A stretch of 6,430 nucleotides of DNA from a virus, in the IMG/VR virus record IMGVR_UViG_3300045988_030010. The stretch is one strand, 5' to 3'. Positions 6,182 to 6,430 of this stretch are shown here, piece after piece. The notes below the pieces were generated by a model. The model made no database searches, was not told the origin of the DNA, and worked only from the letters and a program-made list of their open reading frames with translations. The first letter of the stretch is position 1. Each line of letters opens with the position of its first letter. The translations under genes were made by a program, and so were the position numbers.

Positions 6182-6275
6182 GGCGGAAAACTTCGTTTTC
6201 CTTAGTCGCTTCGCTCTGAAGTACGCTCTCGACGGCGGAGCCTGTTCGCTGTCAGCCTTGCAGGCTGGCGCGCAA
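6182..6275. other. GC-rich (about 60-65%) structured island in the main intergenic region of an otherwise AT-rich genome. Hairpins: GGAAAAC-ttc-GTTTTCC (6185..6201) and CAGCCT-tgc-AGGCTG (6253..6267), plus CGCTC direct repeats.
   Basis: Stems verified by reverse complementarity. The composition contrasts sharply with the rest of the genome. It lies 45 nt after the Rep stop and before the promoter. It is a candidate Rep terminator, replication origin / nick-site hairpin, or packaging signal. Confidence 0.45.
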
Positions 6276-6294
6276 TAGTTAAAAATGTTAATAA
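6267..6294. other. 28-bp dif-like motif GGCGCGCAATA-GTTAAA-AATGTTAATAA, a possible XerC/XerD recombination or integration site.
   Basis: Compared from memory with E. coli dif GGTGCGCATAA-TGTATA-TTATGTTAAAT. The left arm matches 8 of 11. The right arm contains the ATGTTAA core but offset by 1 nt. It is located in the non-coding region, abutting the GC hairpin. Low confidence, because the arms lack strong internal symmetry. Confidence 0.25.
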
Positions 6295-6319
6295 CACAAG
6301 TTAAAAGGGGAAAAAAGAC

Positions 6320-6350
6320 TTGACAAAAGGGGATTTTTTTATTATCTTTG
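6320..6350 (+). promoter_or_regulatory. Candidate promoter for the small-ORF operon, reading across the genome junction. As a Bacteroidetes type it is cTTG(6319..6322)-20 nt-TATCTTTG(6343..6350, repeated at 12..19). As a sigma70 type it is TTGACA(6320..6325)-17 nt-TATCTT(6343..6348).
   Basis: Motifs read directly in the sequence. The spacings fit the Bacteroidetes -33 TTTG / -7 TAnnTTTG architecture (19-21 nt) and the canonical 17-nt -35/-10 spacing. It lies about 25 nt upstream of the first ORF start at 6377 (repeated at 46). The downstream leader is A-rich with no Shine-Dalgarno sequence, as is typical for Bacteroidetes. Confidence 0.45.
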
Positions 6351-6430
6351 TAGTGTAACAAAAAAACAACAAGATTATGAAAAAAAAATTCTATCAGCTA
6401 GAAGTAACAATCAAGGGAACAAAAAAAAAC
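6332..6430. repeat. Second copy of the 99-nt terminal redundancy, identical to 1..99.
   Basis: Exact identity to positions 1..99. Contains a repeat copy of the promoter -7/-10 element and the first 18 codons of the 46..231 ORF. Confidence 0.9.
6377..6430 (+). CDS. Second copy of the 5' end of the 46..231 ORF (first 18 codons), truncated by the window end. An artefact of the circular overlap.
   Basis: Identical to 46..99 (MKKKFYQLEVTIKGTKKN...). Confidence 0.6.
   Translation, partial: MKKKFYQLEVTIKGTKKN

Noticed and set aside
5775-6361. Minus-strand ORFs 5775..6041 and 6170..6361.
   Set aside because: The first is antisense to the charged C-terminal region of Rep. The second spans the GC-rich hairpin island and the promoter. 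Its apparent coding potential comes from non-coding structured DNA.
1-6430. Looked for tRNA or rRNA genes, CRISPR arrays, an integrase, a transposase or IS ends.
   Set aside because: No cloverleaf-like GC-rich segments, no spaced direct-repeat arrays and no ORF with recombinase motifs were found. The only repeats are the terminal redundancy, short hairpins and homopolymer tracts.

Overview
This window is one complete unit of a small circular ssDNA phage genome of the Microviridae type. It is most consistent with the Bacteroidetes-associated (Alpavirinae-like) lineage, though I assign the subfamily from memory of its features, not from a search.

Circularity: the first 99 nt (1..99) are repeated exactly at 6332..6430, so the sequence is a circular or tandem-assembled genome of 6331 nt, opened arbitrarily.

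Coding layout: all convincing genes are on the + strand, as expected for a Microviridae virion strand. The order is:
- an operon of small, tightly packed and overlapping ORFs at 46..1299;
- the major capsid protein VP1, 693 aa;
- an acidic 111-aa ORF;
- VP2, a minor capsid/DNA-pilot protein that is Gly-rich and coiled-coil;
- VP4, the rolling-circle replication initiator, carrying HUH motifs I, II and III and an N-terminal Cys cluster.

Most unusual content:
- About 20% of this very compact genome is a tandem array of five divergent paralogous small proteins (about 60 to 90 aa). They share a beta-hairpin plus helix motif of the form [RQ]Y..[FY].[SD]..[EK]A..F[LF]. Several are joined by ATGA stop/start overlaps.
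- Inside this array sits an unannotated 59-aa ORF with a textbook lipoprotein signal peptide (lipobox LSAC). It is a candidate single-gene lysis, BRP-like or exclusion protein.

Other notable elements:
- a GC-rich hairpin island in the main non-coding region, followed by a 28-bp dif-like motif (possible XerCD integration site);
- a Bacteroidetes-type promoter (CTTG-20 nt-TATCTTTG) that also reads as TTGACA-17-TATCTT, in front of the small-ORF operon;
- an intrinsic-terminator-like hairpin and a perfect 22-nt palindrome between the 111-aa ORF and VP2;
- a very basic 87-aa ORF overprinted inside the Rep gene;
- A9 homopolymer tracts in and around the first small ORF.

No tRNA, rRNA, CRISPR, integrase or transposase is visible.
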